Of a DNA stretch of 55,620 bases, positions 46,479-55,620 are shown in pieces (the first letter of the stretch is position 1; each line of letters opens with the position of its first letter). Origin of the DNA: Acidimicrobiia bacterium (lineage in GTDB: Bacteria > Actinomycetota > Acidimicrobiia > Spongiisociales > JALYHC01); contig JBOGFC010000186.1 in assembly GCA_050742155.1 (NCBI GenBank), forward strand, positions 1 to 55,620, in the 5' to 3' direction. The notes under the pieces were generated by a model. It saw only the letters and a list, made by a program, of their open reading frames with translations. It searched no databases and was not told the origin of the DNA. The translations under genes and the position numbers were made by a program.

Positions 46479-48003
46479 TCCCCGCAAGCGGTTCGAGGAG
46501 GCCTCCCGGCGGGCCCAGGCCGGCGGGCCGGAGAAGTACCACGAGAGGCTGGCCGCCCAGGGCAAGCTCTTCGTCCGGGATCGGGTGGCCCTCCTGTGCG
46601 ACGAGGGCTCCTTCGTCGAGGATGCCGTGCTGGCCCACGCCTTTCAGGAGCCCGAGCTGGCCGCCGACGCGGTGGTGACCGGTCGGGGCACCGTGGACGG
46701 CCGGCCGGTGTGGGTGGTGGCCAACGATCCGACCGTCAAGGCCGGGAGCTGGGGGGCCCGGACGGTGGAGAAGATCGTGCGGGCGCTGGAATCCGCCTAT
46801 GAGGAGAGCCTGCCGGTCTTCTACCTGGTCGACTCGGCCGGGGCCCGCATCACCGACCAGGTCGAGCTGTTCCCGGGGCGCCGGGGTGCCGGTCGCATCT
46901 TCTACACCCAGGTCAAGCTCTCGGGCCGGGTGCCGCAGATCTGTTGCCTCCTCGGCCCCTCGGCAGCCGGCGGGGCCTACATCCCGGCCTTCTGCGACGT
47001 GGTGGTGATGGTGGAGGGGCGAGCTTCCATGTACCTCGGGTCGCCGCGCATGGCCGAGGTGGTGGTGGGCGAGCGCACCTCCCTCGAGGAGATGGGCGGG
47101 GCTCGCATGCATTGCACGGTGAGCGGCTGCGGCGACGCCCTGGTATCCGGCGACCAGGAGGCCATCGCCTGGGCGCGGGCCTACCTCTCGTACATGGCCG
47201 ACGATTTCCTCAGCCACCCGCCCCTCTACCACACGGTGCCGCCCGACGGCCCGGGCGACCTGGGTGCGGTGGTGCCGACCGATCCCCGGCGGGGCTATGA
47301 CATGTGGGACCTCTTGCGGGGGATCTTCGACGGGGACAGCTTCCTCGAGATCAAGGAGCTCTACGCCCCGGAGGTGATCACCACCCTGGCCCGGATCGAC
47401 GGAAGGCCGGTGGGGGTGGTGGCGTCCAACCCCCAGCACCTGGGCGGAGTGCTGTTCGTCGACTCGGCCGACAAGGCGGCCCGCTTCATCTGGCTGTGCG
47501 ACGCTTTCAACTTGCCGCTGGTCTTCTTCGCCGACGTGCCGGGCTTCATGATCGGCACTGAGGTGGAGCGCCAGGGGATCATCCGGGCCGGGGCCAAGAT
47601 GCTCACCGCCATCGCCGAGGCCACCGTACCCCGCATCTCGGTGATCGTGCGAAAGGCCTACGGGGCCGGGCTCTACGCATTCTCCGGCCCGGGCTTTCGC
47701 CCCGACGCCTCGCTGGCCCTCCCCACCGCCGAGATCGCCGTCATGGGCCCGGAGGCGGCCGTGAACGCGGTCTACTACAACACGATCCAGGAGCTGGCGG
47801 AGGAAGACCGGGAGGCCTTCATCGAGGCCAAGCGAGAGGAGTACTCGGAGGACGTCGACCTGTTGCGGCTGGCCGCCGACCTGGTCGTCGACGCCGTCGT
47901 CCAGCCCGAGGACCTGCGGGCCGAGCTGATCGCCCGGCTGCGCTACCTGGATCGCAAGGAGCGGCGCTTCTCGGAACGCCGCCACGGGGTGCCGCCGGTA
48001 TGA
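46471..48003 (+). CDS. Acyl-CoA carboxylase carboxyltransferase (beta) subunit
   Basis: Track ORF 45958..48003 trimmed to GTG 46471, which overlaps the der stop. GKLFVRDRVALLCDEGSFVE, NDPTVKAGSWG and GPSAAGGAYIPA. Confidence 0.88.
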   Translation: MSDPRKRFEEASRRAQAGGPEKYHERLAAQGKLFVRDRVALLCDEGSFVEDAVLAHAFQEPELAADAVVTGRGTVDGRPVWVVANDPTVKAGSWGARTVEKIVRALESAYEESLPVFYLVDSAGARITDQVELFPGRRGAGRIFYTQVKLSGRVPQICCLLGPSAAGGAYIPAFCDVVVMVEGRASMYLGSPRMAEVVVGERTSLEEMGGARMHCTVSGCGDALVSGDQEAIAWARAYLSYMADDFLSHPPLYHTVPPDGPGDLGAVVPTDPRRGYDMWDLLRGIFDGDSFLEIKELYAPEVITTLARIDGRPVGVVASNPQHLGGVLFVDSADKAARFIWLCDAFNLPLVFFADVPGFMIGTEVERQGIIRAGAKMLTAIAEATVPRISVIVRKAYGAGLYAFSGPGFRPDASLALPTAEIAVMGPEAAVNAVYYNTIQELAEEDREAFIEAKREEYSEDVDLLRLAADLVVDAVVQPEDLRAELIARLRYLDRKERRFSERRHGVPPV

Positions 48004-48022
48004 CCCCGCACCCCCTCGTCTT

Positions 48023-48075
48023 CCCGTTCTTGCGTGAGAATTTGCCCGCCGGCGGTCCGAAACTCACGCAAAAAG
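48023..48075. repeat. REP-like palindromic element, copy 3 (degenerate right arm, inverted relative to copy 1)
   Basis: CCCGTTCTTGCGTGAG ... CTCACGCAAAAAG gives a 9-bp perfect stem. The loop TTGCCCGCCGGCGGTCCGAAA is the reverse complement of the copy 1 loop with a few changes. Starts 20 nt after the stop at 48003. Confidence 0.75.
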
Positions 48076-48076
48076 C

Positions 48077-48220
48077 ATGGTGGGGGTTCGTTACATGAGC
48101 CGGGAACCGGCCGCCCCGGCCGCCCCCCTCGGCTTCAAGGTGTTCCTGGTAGTAGCCGGGCTCTACCTACTGCTCAGGCTGGTGCAGGGAATCGCCTGGC
48201 TGGTGGAGCGGTTGGGCTGA
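48077..48220 (+). CDS. Candidate 47-aa (or 41-aa from ATG 48095) membrane micro-protein
   Basis: Below the track cut-off. Reads MVGVRYMSREPAAPAAPLGFKVFLVVAGLYLLLRLVQGIAWLVERLG, with G/C-rich third positions and one TM helix. Confidence 0.35.
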   Translation: MVGVRYMSREPAAPAAPLGFKVFLVVAGLYLLLRLVQGIAWLVERLG

Positions 48221-48251
48221 CAGCCGATCAGACGCGGTAGAGTGGCGCCTC

Positions 48252-48325
<74 letters not shown>

Positions 48326-48356
48326 CCGGCAATCGCCTCGCTCCTGCCCGTGGTCC

Positions 48357-49958
48357 CTACTCTTCCTCCAGGGCCCGGCCGACGGCGGGGACCTTCTCCC
48401 TGATCTCGTAGACCCTGATGGGCCTGTGCACCCCCTTGAGATGGACCCGGTCGACCTCGACACCATCGACCAGGTCCTGAACCGAAGCCATGGTTCGCTC
48501 GGTCACGAGGATCTGGCCGGGACCGGCCGCCTGGCCGGCCAGCCGGGAGGCCAGGTTGGCATGGTTCCCCACCACCGTGTAATCGGTCCTGGTGGGGGAG
48601 CCGATGTTACCGACGGTGACGTACCCGGTGCTGATCCCGATCCCCACGTTCAGCTCCTCCTCGTAGCGCAGCAGCCACCCCTCCCTAAGGACGTCGACCT
48701 CGGCCCTCATCTCCAAGGCGGTGAGGACGGCCCGGCGAGGATGGTCCTCGTAGACGACCGGATCGCCGAAGAAGACCAACATGCCGTCCCCGACGTACTT
48801 GTCGAGCGTGCCGCCGTGCTTGAAGACGATCTCCGTCATGGCGGTGAAGTACTGGTTGAGCGCATCCACCAGCTCTTCGGGTTCCATTCTCTCGGACATC
48901 TCAGTGAAGCCCCGGATGTCGCAGAAGAGAATGGTCAGGTTGCGCCGAGTGGAGGCCGAGCTGATCGGCGTTCCTCCGGCCACGATGGCTTCGGCGACCT
49001 GCGGGGACACGTACCGCCGCAACTCATCCGTACGGCGGAGCTGCTCGAGCTGCTCCTCGATCGTCTTCTCCAGGTTCTCGTTGAGGGAGGTGAGATCTCG
49101 GTAGAGGGTGGCCAGCTGCTCGCTGGTGCGGTTCAGGTTGGTCGTGAGCCTGCCGAACTCGTCTCGGTTGGGGACCTCGACCCGCTGCTCGAACTGGCCG
49201 CTGGCCAAGCGTGCCAAGGCCCGGTCGATACTGCGAACCGGCCGGATCAGGGACCAGGACAAGATGGCGCCGAGGATGAGGGCGGCCAGCAGGGCCGCCA
49301 GGGAGAACGATGCCACCGCCCCGGTCAGAAAGCGCCGGTCGGAGTTGAATCCGTCCAGTTGGGCCGCCCTGCGCTGCTCGAGGTCGACGATCATGGCGTT
49401 GAGCTCGTTTTCCAGTTCGTGAGATATCTCGTGCTCTGCCGAGATGTGGAGAGCCAGGGCGCGCTCGGTCTCACCTGCCTCATAGAGGGCCAGCACCTGA
49501 TCGCTGGCTACGGCGAAGCGGGCATCGATCTGTCTGAGGCGTTCCACACGGTCACGCTGGGTGGACCCGAGCGCATCGATCTCGTCCAAACGCTCGGTGA
49601 AGCTCTGCTTGGCGATCGGGATCCTGTCGTTCCAGCTATCGATGCCGGTGCTCAACGCCATGGCCCGAAAGTGGCTCTGGGCGGTGACCAGGTAGATGGC
49701 CTGCCGGGCGGAGTCCGTTTGCCGCTGCAGGGCAAGCAGCTCCTCTACCTGGCTGTTCATCCGGGTGATGACAAGGATGCTGAAGCCTCCCATGCCCAAG
49801 AGCAGCATGGCGATGATCAGGAAACCGGTGAGCAACTTGGCGTGGACGGTGGCTCGAATGCGTGCCACCACGTCGACGAAAGGCCTGATCACTCCCGGCA
49901 GTGGGCCCAGCTCGCGATCGGAGTCGAGCCAGAAGCCCACTTCCGACTCTGAGGGCAT
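48357..49958 (-). CDS. Membrane-anchored sensor adenylate/guanylate cyclase (helical sensor region, HAMP, class III cyclase domain)
   Basis: Track ORF 48357..50132 trimmed to ATG 49958 (residue 59), preceded by GGGAGGAAGG. Two TM helices, HAMP (IRPVRSIDRALARLASGQF), and cyclase motifs LTILFCDIRGFT and GDGMLVFFG. Confidence 0.88.
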   Translation of the reverse strand: MPSESEVGFWLDSDRELGPLPGVIRPFVDVVARIRATVHAKLLTGFLIIAMLLLGMGGFSILVITRMNSQVEELLALQRQTDSARQAIYLVTAQSHFRAMALSTGIDSWNDRIPIAKQSFTERLDEIDALGSTQRDRVERLRQIDARFAVASDQVLALYEAGETERALALHISAEHEISHELENELNAMIVDLEQRRAAQLDGFNSDRRFLTGAVASFSLAALLAALILGAILSWSLIRPVRSIDRALARLASGQFEQRVEVPNRDEFGRLTTNLNRTSEQLATLYRDLTSLNENLEKTIEEQLEQLRRTDELRRYVSPQVAEAIVAGGTPISSASTRRNLTILFCDIRGFTEMSERMEPEELVDALNQYFTAMTEIVFKHGGTLDKYVGDGMLVFFGDPVVYEDHPRRAVLTALEMRAEVDVLREGWLLRYEEELNVGIGISTGYVTVGNIGSPTRTDYTVVGNHANLASRLAGQAAGPGQILVTERTMASVQDLVDGVEVDRVHLKGVHRPIRVYEIREKVPAVGRALEEE

Positions 49959-50231
49959 GACCTTCCTCCCACCTGATCGAAAAGGAGCCTCTGCGAATCG
50001 AGCAGGGGCAAGCGGGCCAGCGCCAGCAAAGCGCGTTGTGCTCCCGAGCTCTTCGCACGGGCACCTGTGAGGCATGCTACCCAAGGGGTTCGGGCTGCGG
50101 AGCCTGGTCCCCAGATAGTTGCGGTTGCCCATAACCGAGAGGTTTCGCTAGGCTCTGTGGTGCGCCTGGCGCGTTCGTCGGCGCGCAGGTGCAGCGCGGG
50201 AACCGTTCAGCGAGGAGGAGGTACATCTATC

Positions 50232-52205
50232 GTGAGATCTACCAACACGGTCTCTGGATGGCGCTGGCTGGCCATCATCGGGGTGTTCGCCCTGGTGGCG
50301 GCGGCCTGCCAGCCGGGACCGGAAGCAGAGCCCGGCACCACCGCCGGGACGGCGGCGCCCGGTACCACTGCGGCACCCGGCACCACCGCAGCCCCGGGGG
50401 CAGAGCCCACCGGTGAGGCCTTCACCTATGAGATCGGCATCTTCGCCGACACCACCACCGACAACTACTGGGCGTACTTCGACCCGGAGAGCTCGGTGTG
50501 GAACGCCTATGTGCTCGGGCCCACGGTACCGTCCTTGTACGCACTGGCCTTCCCGGGCATCAACGTGGTGCCTGACCTGGCGGCGGAGGCCGAGCCTCCG
50601 GCTGCCACCCAGGACGGGGAGCAGTGGTCGGTCGAGGTGCCGCTCCGCGACGACGCGGTGTGGAGCGACGGCGAGGCCATCGACGCCGAGGACGTGGTCT
50701 TCACCTTCGAGACGGCGCGGGACCTGGCCCTGGGCGGGAACTGGCTGAGCTCCTACCCGCTGGCCGACCCCGAGGACCCGGAGAAGATCGGTATCGAGAG
50801 CGTGGAGGCGGTGGACGCCACCACGGTCAAGATCTCCTTCAACTTGGAGCCGGGCCTGTTCATCTGGCCGCACTCCATCGGGGTGGGCCCGATCATGGCC
50901 GAGCACTTCTGGGCCGATGTGGTCGAGGAGGCCAGGGGCGCCGACGATCCCGCCACCGAGGACGTCAACGAATCGGCGGAGGCGCTCTACCAGGCCTCCG
51001 GCGCCGGCGCCCCCTCGGGTGGTCCGGTGATCTTCGAGAGCCGCGAGGCCGGCGCCTTTGCCCGCAACGTGGCCAACGACCAGTGGTACCAGACCGGCCA
51101 GGAGGTCACCTCGGGTGAGAGCACCTACACCCAGGGGCCCTTCCTGAGCGAGGAGATCTTCACGCTCTACGGGTCCCAGGACGCCGCCGTGTTGGCCCTG
51201 CGGGATGGCGAGGTGGACTTCCTCCTCAACCCACTGGGCATGCAGCGCGGGCTCCGCTCCCAGGTGGAGGGATCGGAGGACCTGACGGCGATCGTCAATC
51301 CCACCTACGGGTTCCGGTACCTGGCCTTCAACCTGCGCCGGCCGCCCATGAGCGATCCCGCCTTTCGGGATGCCCTGTCGATCATCATCGACAAGCAGTT
51401 CATGGCGCAGAGCGTGCTGCAGGGCGTGGCCTTCCCCTTGTGGACCCTGATGCCGGAAGGGAACGAGCTCTACTACGACGCGGCGCTGGCGGAGGAGATC
51501 GCTGCTCCTTACCAGGGGTTCGAGAGCGAGTTCGCCCGGTTCGAGGCGGCCCTGCAGATCCTGAGGGACGCCGGGTACACGTGGGCCACGGAGCCGGTCG
51601 TCAACACCGACGAGGACGGCGACCCGATCTCGGTGACTCCCGGTCAGGGTGTCGTCATGCCCGACGGGACAGCGGTGCCGGACCTGGAGATCCTGGCCCC
51701 GGGACCGGCCTACGACCCGTTGCGGGCCACCTACTCGATCTGGATCGAGAAGTGGCTCAACGATTTGGGCTTCCCGGCCTCGGCCAACCCGACCGACTTC
51801 AACGCCATCGTCGATGCGGTGTTCCCCACGGGGGTACCCGAGTTCGACATGTACATCCTGGGGTGGAGCCTCGGGAACCCGGCCGCGCCGGACTACTACG
51901 AGGCCTTCTTCCACTCCCGCTTCATCATCGAAGACTCGGGTGGCAACAACAACATGGGGTACTCCAACCCCGAGTTCGACGCCCTGGCCGACCAGCTCAA
52001 GGCGGCCCAGACCGAGGAGGAGGCCAAGGACATCATCTGGCAGCTCGAGGTGATCCTCGACCAGGACCTGCCGTATATCGTGCTGTTCGACACGGGGATC
52101 CTGGAGTTCTACCGCAACACGGCCGTGAACTTCCCGTTCACCGACACGTTGAGCGGCCTGCAGTTCCTCAACGGCCTGCCGGGCGTTGCAACGTCGGCCA
52201 GGTAA
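50232..52205 (+). CDS. ABC transporter substrate-binding lipoprotein (peptide/nickel family 5)
   Basis: Track ORF 50067..52205 trimmed to GTG 50232 (residue 56), after GAGGAGGAGG. Lipobox LVAAAC, a TAAPGTTAAPGTTAAPG linker, then family 5 SBP-like sequence. Confidence 0.85.
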   Translation: MRSTNTVSGWRWLAIIGVFALVAAACQPGPEAEPGTTAGTAAPGTTAAPGTTAAPGAEPTGEAFTYEIGIFADTTTDNYWAYFDPESSVWNAYVLGPTVPSLYALAFPGINVVPDLAAEAEPPAATQDGEQWSVEVPLRDDAVWSDGEAIDAEDVVFTFETARDLALGGNWLSSYPLADPEDPEKIGIESVEAVDATTVKISFNLEPGLFIWPHSIGVGPIMAEHFWADVVEEARGADDPATEDVNESAEALYQASGAGAPSGGPVIFESREAGAFARNVANDQWYQTGQEVTSGESTYTQGPFLSEEIFTLYGSQDAAVLALRDGEVDFLLNPLGMQRGLRSQVEGSEDLTAIVNPTYGFRYLAFNLRRPPMSDPAFRDALSIIIDKQFMAQSVLQGVAFPLWTLMPEGNELYYDAALAEEIAAPYQGFESEFARFEAALQILRDAGYTWATEPVVNTDEDGDPISVTPGQGVVMPDGTAVPDLEILAPGPAYDPLRATYSIWIEKWLNDLGFPASANPTDFNAIVDAVFPTGVPEFDMYILGWSLGNPAAPDYYEAFFHSRFIIEDSGGNNNMGYSNPEFDALADQLKAAQTEEEAKDIIWQLEVILDQDLPYIVLFDTGILEFYRNTAVNFPFTDTLSGLQFLNGLPGVATSAR

Positions 52206-52227
52206 GAGCCGACCAGACCGAACGAGA

Positions 52228-52255
52228 AGGGAGGGTGAGGATCCTCACCCTCCCT
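52228..52255 (+). terminator. Perfect 28-nt palindrome (14-bp stem, GATC centre) between the SBP and permease genes; candidate attenuator or mRNA-stabilising hairpin
   Basis: AGGGAGGGTGAGGATCCTCACCCTCCCT followed by CTCTTTGTG. Lies 23 nt after the SBP stop. Confidence 0.55.
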
Positions 52256-52305
52256 CTCTTTGTGCCCGTGTTAGGCTGACCGGGGGAGACCGAGGAGAGA
52301 ACCGC

Positions 52306-53466
52306 ATGGTCAAGTTCATCGGGCGGCGCCTGCTCCAGATGCTCCTCCTCTTCATCGTCTACCTGACCGTCATCTTCTTTCTCCTCAACGCCCAGCCGGG
52401 AGACATCTCCCAGCAGCTGGTCGCCAACCCCAACCTCCCCCCCGAGGCGCGGGAGATGGTCAGGGAACGGCTGGGGCTCAACAACCCGCTGTGGCTGCAG
52501 TACCTCAACTACATCAAGAACTTCTTCACCGGAAACCTGGGCCTGAGCTTCATCTTCTACCCGCGACCGGTGATCGACATCCTGCTGGAGCGGATCCCGC
52601 GCACGCTCGTGCTCTTCTTCACCGCCACGATCCTGGCCTATTACATGGGCTTCACGCTCGGCAAGCTCCTGGCTTGGCGAAGAGGAGCCATCAGCGAGTA
52701 CGCCGTCACCGTGGGGGGCGTGTTCCTCTACACCGTCTTCTATCCATGGTTCGGCCTCCTCATGCTGTGGCTGTTCGGCTTCATCTTGGGCCTGGTTCCG
52801 TTAGGCAAGTTCATCAACCCGGGCTTCTGGCTGGGTTCTCCGTTCTCGGTCAACTCGGTCTTCACCAGAATGATCGTCACCACGGTGCTCGCCTCGCTCG
52901 CCCTGGGGGCCTTGATCGCAATCGCCCGGCGCCTGGTCCCCGATCACCGCAGCCGGCGCCGCGTGCTTCAGGTGGGGGCGGCGGCCATCGGCGCCGCCTT
53001 CCTCCTTTACTGGTTCTTGTCCCCGATGCGGCCCTACGCCACCGACATCGCCTACCACCTCATCCTTCCGATATTTACGCTCTCTCTGATCGTGTTCGCC
53101 GGCATCATGCTCCTCACCCGCAGCTCCATGCTGGAGACGCTCCGCGAGGATTACATCCTCACCGCCCGGGCCAAGGGGCTCCCGAGCGACGTCATCCGTG
53201 ACCGTCACGCCGCTCGCAACGCCCTGCTACCGGTGGTGACCTCACTGGTGCTGGCGCTGGCCTTCGTGATCGGGGGAGGCATCATCACCGAGAGCGTCTT
53301 CTCCTGGCCGGGGATGGGGGAGATACTCCTCGAGGCCGCCACCCAGCAGGACATCCCGCTGGCCATAGGGGCGCTGAGCTTCATCGGGGTCTTGGCGCTG
53401 CTGGGCCACTTGCTGGCCGATATCCTCTACATGTTCCTCGACCCCCGCATCCGATACCAGACCTAA
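52306..53466 (+). CDS. ABC transporter permease (DppB/OppB-like)
   Basis: Track ORF 52186..53466 trimmed to ATG 52306 (residue 41). MVKFIGRRLLQMLLLFIVYLTVIFFLL is the typical N-terminus. Confidence 0.9.
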   Translation: MVKFIGRRLLQMLLLFIVYLTVIFFLLNAQPGDISQQLVANPNLPPEAREMVRERLGLNNPLWLQYLNYIKNFFTGNLGLSFIFYPRPVIDILLERIPRTLVLFFTATILAYYMGFTLGKLLAWRRGAISEYAVTVGGVFLYTVFYPWFGLLMLWLFGFILGLVPLGKFINPGFWLGSPFSVNSVFTRMIVTTVLASLALGALIAIARRLVPDHRSRRRVLQVGAAAIGAAFLLYWFLSPMRPYATDIAYHLILPIFTLSLIVFAGIMLLTRSSMLETLREDYILTARAKGLPSDVIRDRHAARNALLPVVTSLVLALAFVIGGGIITESVFSWPGMGEILLEAATQQDIPLAIGALSFIGVLALLGHLLADILYMFLDPRIRYQT

Positions 53467-53475
53467 GGAGGCAAG

Positions 53476-54615
53476 GTGGCCGATCGCCTGGACCACCCGG
53501 TTGACACAGAGGCTCGGCCGGTCGTCGAAGAGCCCCGCCTGGCGGTGGTCGAGGCACCGCCCGCCCCCATCCTGGTGGAGGAGCCGATCTGGCGGATCCG
53601 CCTGCGCCTGCTGGGCCGGTCGCTGGCCGAGAACTGGCGCCTCTTCGTCGACAACAAGATCGGGCTGGTAGGGCTGGCCATCATCGCCATCTTTGGCCTG
53701 ATGGCGATCTCGCACCCGATTCTGATGGCCACCGTATGGGAAGACCAGCGTCGCGTCTACGACCCGGTCATCGGCTTCGACGCCCCCACGGTGCAAAAGA
53801 CGGTGGTGGAGGAGGTGACCGACCCGGTCACCGAGGTCGACCTCCAGACCGCTCGGGCCCAAGGCCACGGCCTGGAGCAGGTGGGGGATGAGATCTTCTT
53901 CAGCGAGCAGCCGGCCCCACCCTCCAGGAAGCACCTGCTGGGCACCGACCCGCTGGGGCGGGACGTCTTCTCCCAACTCCTCTTCAGCACCCGGGCCGCC
54001 TTCTTCCTGGGGGTGATCGCCGCCGTGGTCACCGTCGTCCTGGCCACCACCGTAGGGTCGGTGGCGGCCTACTACGGCGGCTGGGTGGACAGCTACCTGA
54101 TGCGGCAGTCGGACCTGATCCTGCTGGTCCCGATCATCCCCACCCTGATCGTGGTGAGCGCCCTCTTCAGCATCAACCTTCCCACCCTGGGCCTGATCAT
54201 CGGGCTGCTGGAGGGCTTTGGGGGGACGGCCATCGTGCTCAAGTCGCAGGCGCTGGCCGTGAAGGTGAAGCCGTTCGTCGACGCCGCCCGGGTAGCCGGC
54301 GGGAGCAGCCTTCGCATCATCTTCAAGCACATCGTCCCCAACGTGCTGCCGCTCTCCTTCCTCTACATGATGTTCGCGGTGACGGGGGCCATCTCGCTGG
54401 AGGCGATCCTCTCCTTCTTCGGGCTGCTTCCGGTCACGATGAGCTGGGGGATCATGATCAACACCGCCTCGACGAGGGGGTATCTGCTCTCCGGCACCGA
54501 TTTCTGGTGGCTGCTGCTGCCGGCCGGGCTGGCGGTGACGCTCTTGGCCGGGGCTTTCTTCCTGGTGGGCCGGGCCATGGACGAGGTCGTCAACCCGAGG
54601 CTTCGGCAGCGTTGA
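53476..54615 (+). CDS. ABC transporter permease (DppC/OppC-like) with a long N-terminal extension and periplasmic insert
   Basis: 379 aa. HLLGTDPLGRDVFSQLL and the permease core. Confidence 0.88.
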   Translation: MADRLDHPVDTEARPVVEEPRLAVVEAPPAPILVEEPIWRIRLRLLGRSLAENWRLFVDNKIGLVGLAIIAIFGLMAISHPILMATVWEDQRRVYDPVIGFDAPTVQKTVVEEVTDPVTEVDLQTARAQGHGLEQVGDEIFFSEQPAPPSRKHLLGTDPLGRDVFSQLLFSTRAAFFLGVIAAVVTVVLATTVGSVAAYYGGWVDSYLMRQSDLILLVPIIPTLIVVSALFSINLPTLGLIIGLLEGFGGTAIVLKSQALAVKVKPFVDAARVAGGSSLRIIFKHIVPNVLPLSFLYMMFAVTGAISLEAILSFFGLLPVTMSWGIMINTASTRGYLLSGTDFWWLLLPAGLAVTLLAGAFFLVGRAMDEVVNPRLRQR

Positions 54616-55620
54616 GCACCGCCGAGGTCATCCGGGAGGAGCGCCGGGGCGGGCACGACGGCCGGGTCCTCCTGGAGGTGGACGACCTGGTCATGCACTA
54701 CCAGACCCGGGAGGGCGAGGTGTCGGCGGTGGACGGCGTCACCTTCAGCCTCCACCAGGGGGAGGCGCTCGGGCTGGTAGGTGAGTCCGGGTGCGGGAAG
54801 ACCTCCATCGCCATGGCGCTGCTCCGCCTCCTCCCGGACAACGGCCGCATCAAGGAGGGAGAGATCCGGCTCAACGGTCGGGACCTGGTCCGCCTCAATC
54901 AGACCGCCATGCGCCGGCATCGGTGGAAGGACATCGCCATGGTCTTCCAGGGAGCCATGAACGCCTGGAACCCGGTCTACCGGGTGGGGGACCAGATCCG
55001 GGAGGCGATGCACACCCACTTCCCAGCGATGAGCACTGCGGCCATGAACCGGCGCATCATCGAGCTGTTCGAGCTGGTGGGGCTGCCGCCGGCCATGATG
55101 GACCGATACCCGCACGAGTTCTCCGGAGGCATGCGCCAGCGGGCGGTGATCGCCATGGCGCTCTCCTGCGACCCGCAGATCATCATCGCCGACGAGCCCA
55201 CCACCGCCCTGGACGTGATCGTCCAGGACCGCATCCTCAAGCAGCTCAAGCAGATCCAGGCCGAGCTGGGGATGTCGATCATCTACATCTCCCACGACAT
55301 CGCGGTGATCGCCGAGGTGTCCGATCGGATGGCGGTCATGTATGCCGGCAAGATCGTCGAGCTCGGTCCCACCGAGGAGGTGTTCGCCCGGCCCAAGCAT
55401 CCCTACACCTGGCTGCTGCTCTCCTCCACCCCCAGCATCAAGGGGGTGAGGCGCAAGCTCGCCCCGCTGGAGGGCGAGCCGCCCAACCTGCTCAACCCAC
55501 CCTCCGGATGCCGCTTCCACCCGCGGTGTCCTTTCGCCACCGAGAAATGCGTCGAGGAGGAGCCACCCCTCGAGCTGGTGACCCAGGGGCACGCCACGGC
55601 CTGCTGGCACTACGAGCAGG
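54612..55620 (+). CDS. ABC transporter ATP-binding protein (DppD/OppD-like), truncated by the window end
   Basis: Not in the track because it has no stop. TTG 54612 overlaps the permease stop as TTGA. Hand translation gives Walker A GESGCGKT, signature FSGGMRQR, Walker B IIIADEPTTALD and the oligopeptide C-domain CRFHPRCP. Confidence 0.88.
   Translation, partial: MSTAEVIREERRGGHDGRVLLEVDDLVMHYQTREGEVSAVDGVTFSLHQGEALGLVGESGCGKTSIAMALLRLLPDNGRIKEGEIRLNGRDLVRLNQTAMRRHRWKDIAMVFQGAMNAWNPVYRVGDQIREAMHTHFPAMSTAAMNRRIIELFELVGLPPAMMDRYPHEFSGGMRQRAVIAMALSCDPQIIIADEPTTALDVIVQDRILKQLKQIQAELGMSIIYISHDIAVIAEVSDRMAVMYAGKIVELGPTEEVFARPKHPYTWLLLSSTPSIKGVRRKLAPLEGEPPNLLNPPSGCRFHPRCPFATEKCVEEEPPLELVTQGHATACWHYEQ

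Noticed and set aside
43390-46565. Two long minus-strand ORFs (591 and 625 aa)
   Set aside because: They are antisense to the DUF512, der and carboxyltransferase genes and show no recognisable domains.
50066-50070. CRP/cAMP-receptor site next to the adenylate cyclase gene (TGTGA half-site)
   Set aside because: There is no matching TCACA half-site at the required spacing, and a single pentamer is not evidence.
49959-50231. Riboswitch (cobalamin, NiCo or other) in the long leader of the ABC importer
   Set aside because: I could not find the conserved cores of any riboswitch class I know, for example no B12 box. Only a generic imperfect GC hairpin is present.
54363-55610. 415-aa minus-strand ORF
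   Set aside because: It is antisense to the ABC ATPase, whose + strand frame carries the Walker A, signature and Walker B motifs.

Overview
This is a high-GC, almost fully coding chromosomal segment of actinobacterial (Actinomycetota) type. Most genes sit in + strand operons with many 4-nt start/stop overlaps. From left to right: a hydantoinase/oxoprolinase pair (hyuB runs off the left edge), a TolB-like lipoprotein, an OCD-family enzyme, an MFS exporter and several small membrane proteins. Next comes a complete Pup-proteasome locus (trmI, arc/mpa, dop, pup, prcB, prcA, pafA, pafB, pafC), followed by tatA-tatC-helY, a lipid kinase, a DUF4193 protein, ppm1, a GNAT and a NUDIX gene. The following block is, from memory, syntenic with M. 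tuberculosis Rv1692-Rv1713: HAD, tlyA, nadK, recN, pyrG, NUDIX, ald, xerD, scpA, scpB, rluB, aroA, cmk, ispH, DUF512, der. The window ends with a carboxyltransferase, tRNA-Pro(GGG), a HAMP adenylate cyclase and a peptide-type ABC importer whose ATPase runs off the right edge. I found no rRNA, CRISPR array, transposase or integrase. The observations I rank highest are: (1) a lower-GC 1.1-kb cassette bounded by 23-bp perfect inverted repeats, carrying only a DUF559/Vsr-like endonuclease gene and splitting the conserved scpB-rluB junction; (2) a single in-frame TAG splitting the otherwise intact arc/mpa ATPase gene; (3) two families of intergenic hairpin repeats, one forming a tandem array that the hyuB frame reads straight through; (4) conserved N-terminal motifs of ppm1 and tlyA that lie upstream of any ATG/GTG/TTG start. 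Many long ORFs in the track are antisense shadows typical of high-GC DNA and were rejected. Coordinates of hand-called features are tied to the ORF track where possible and may be off by a base or two elsewhere.
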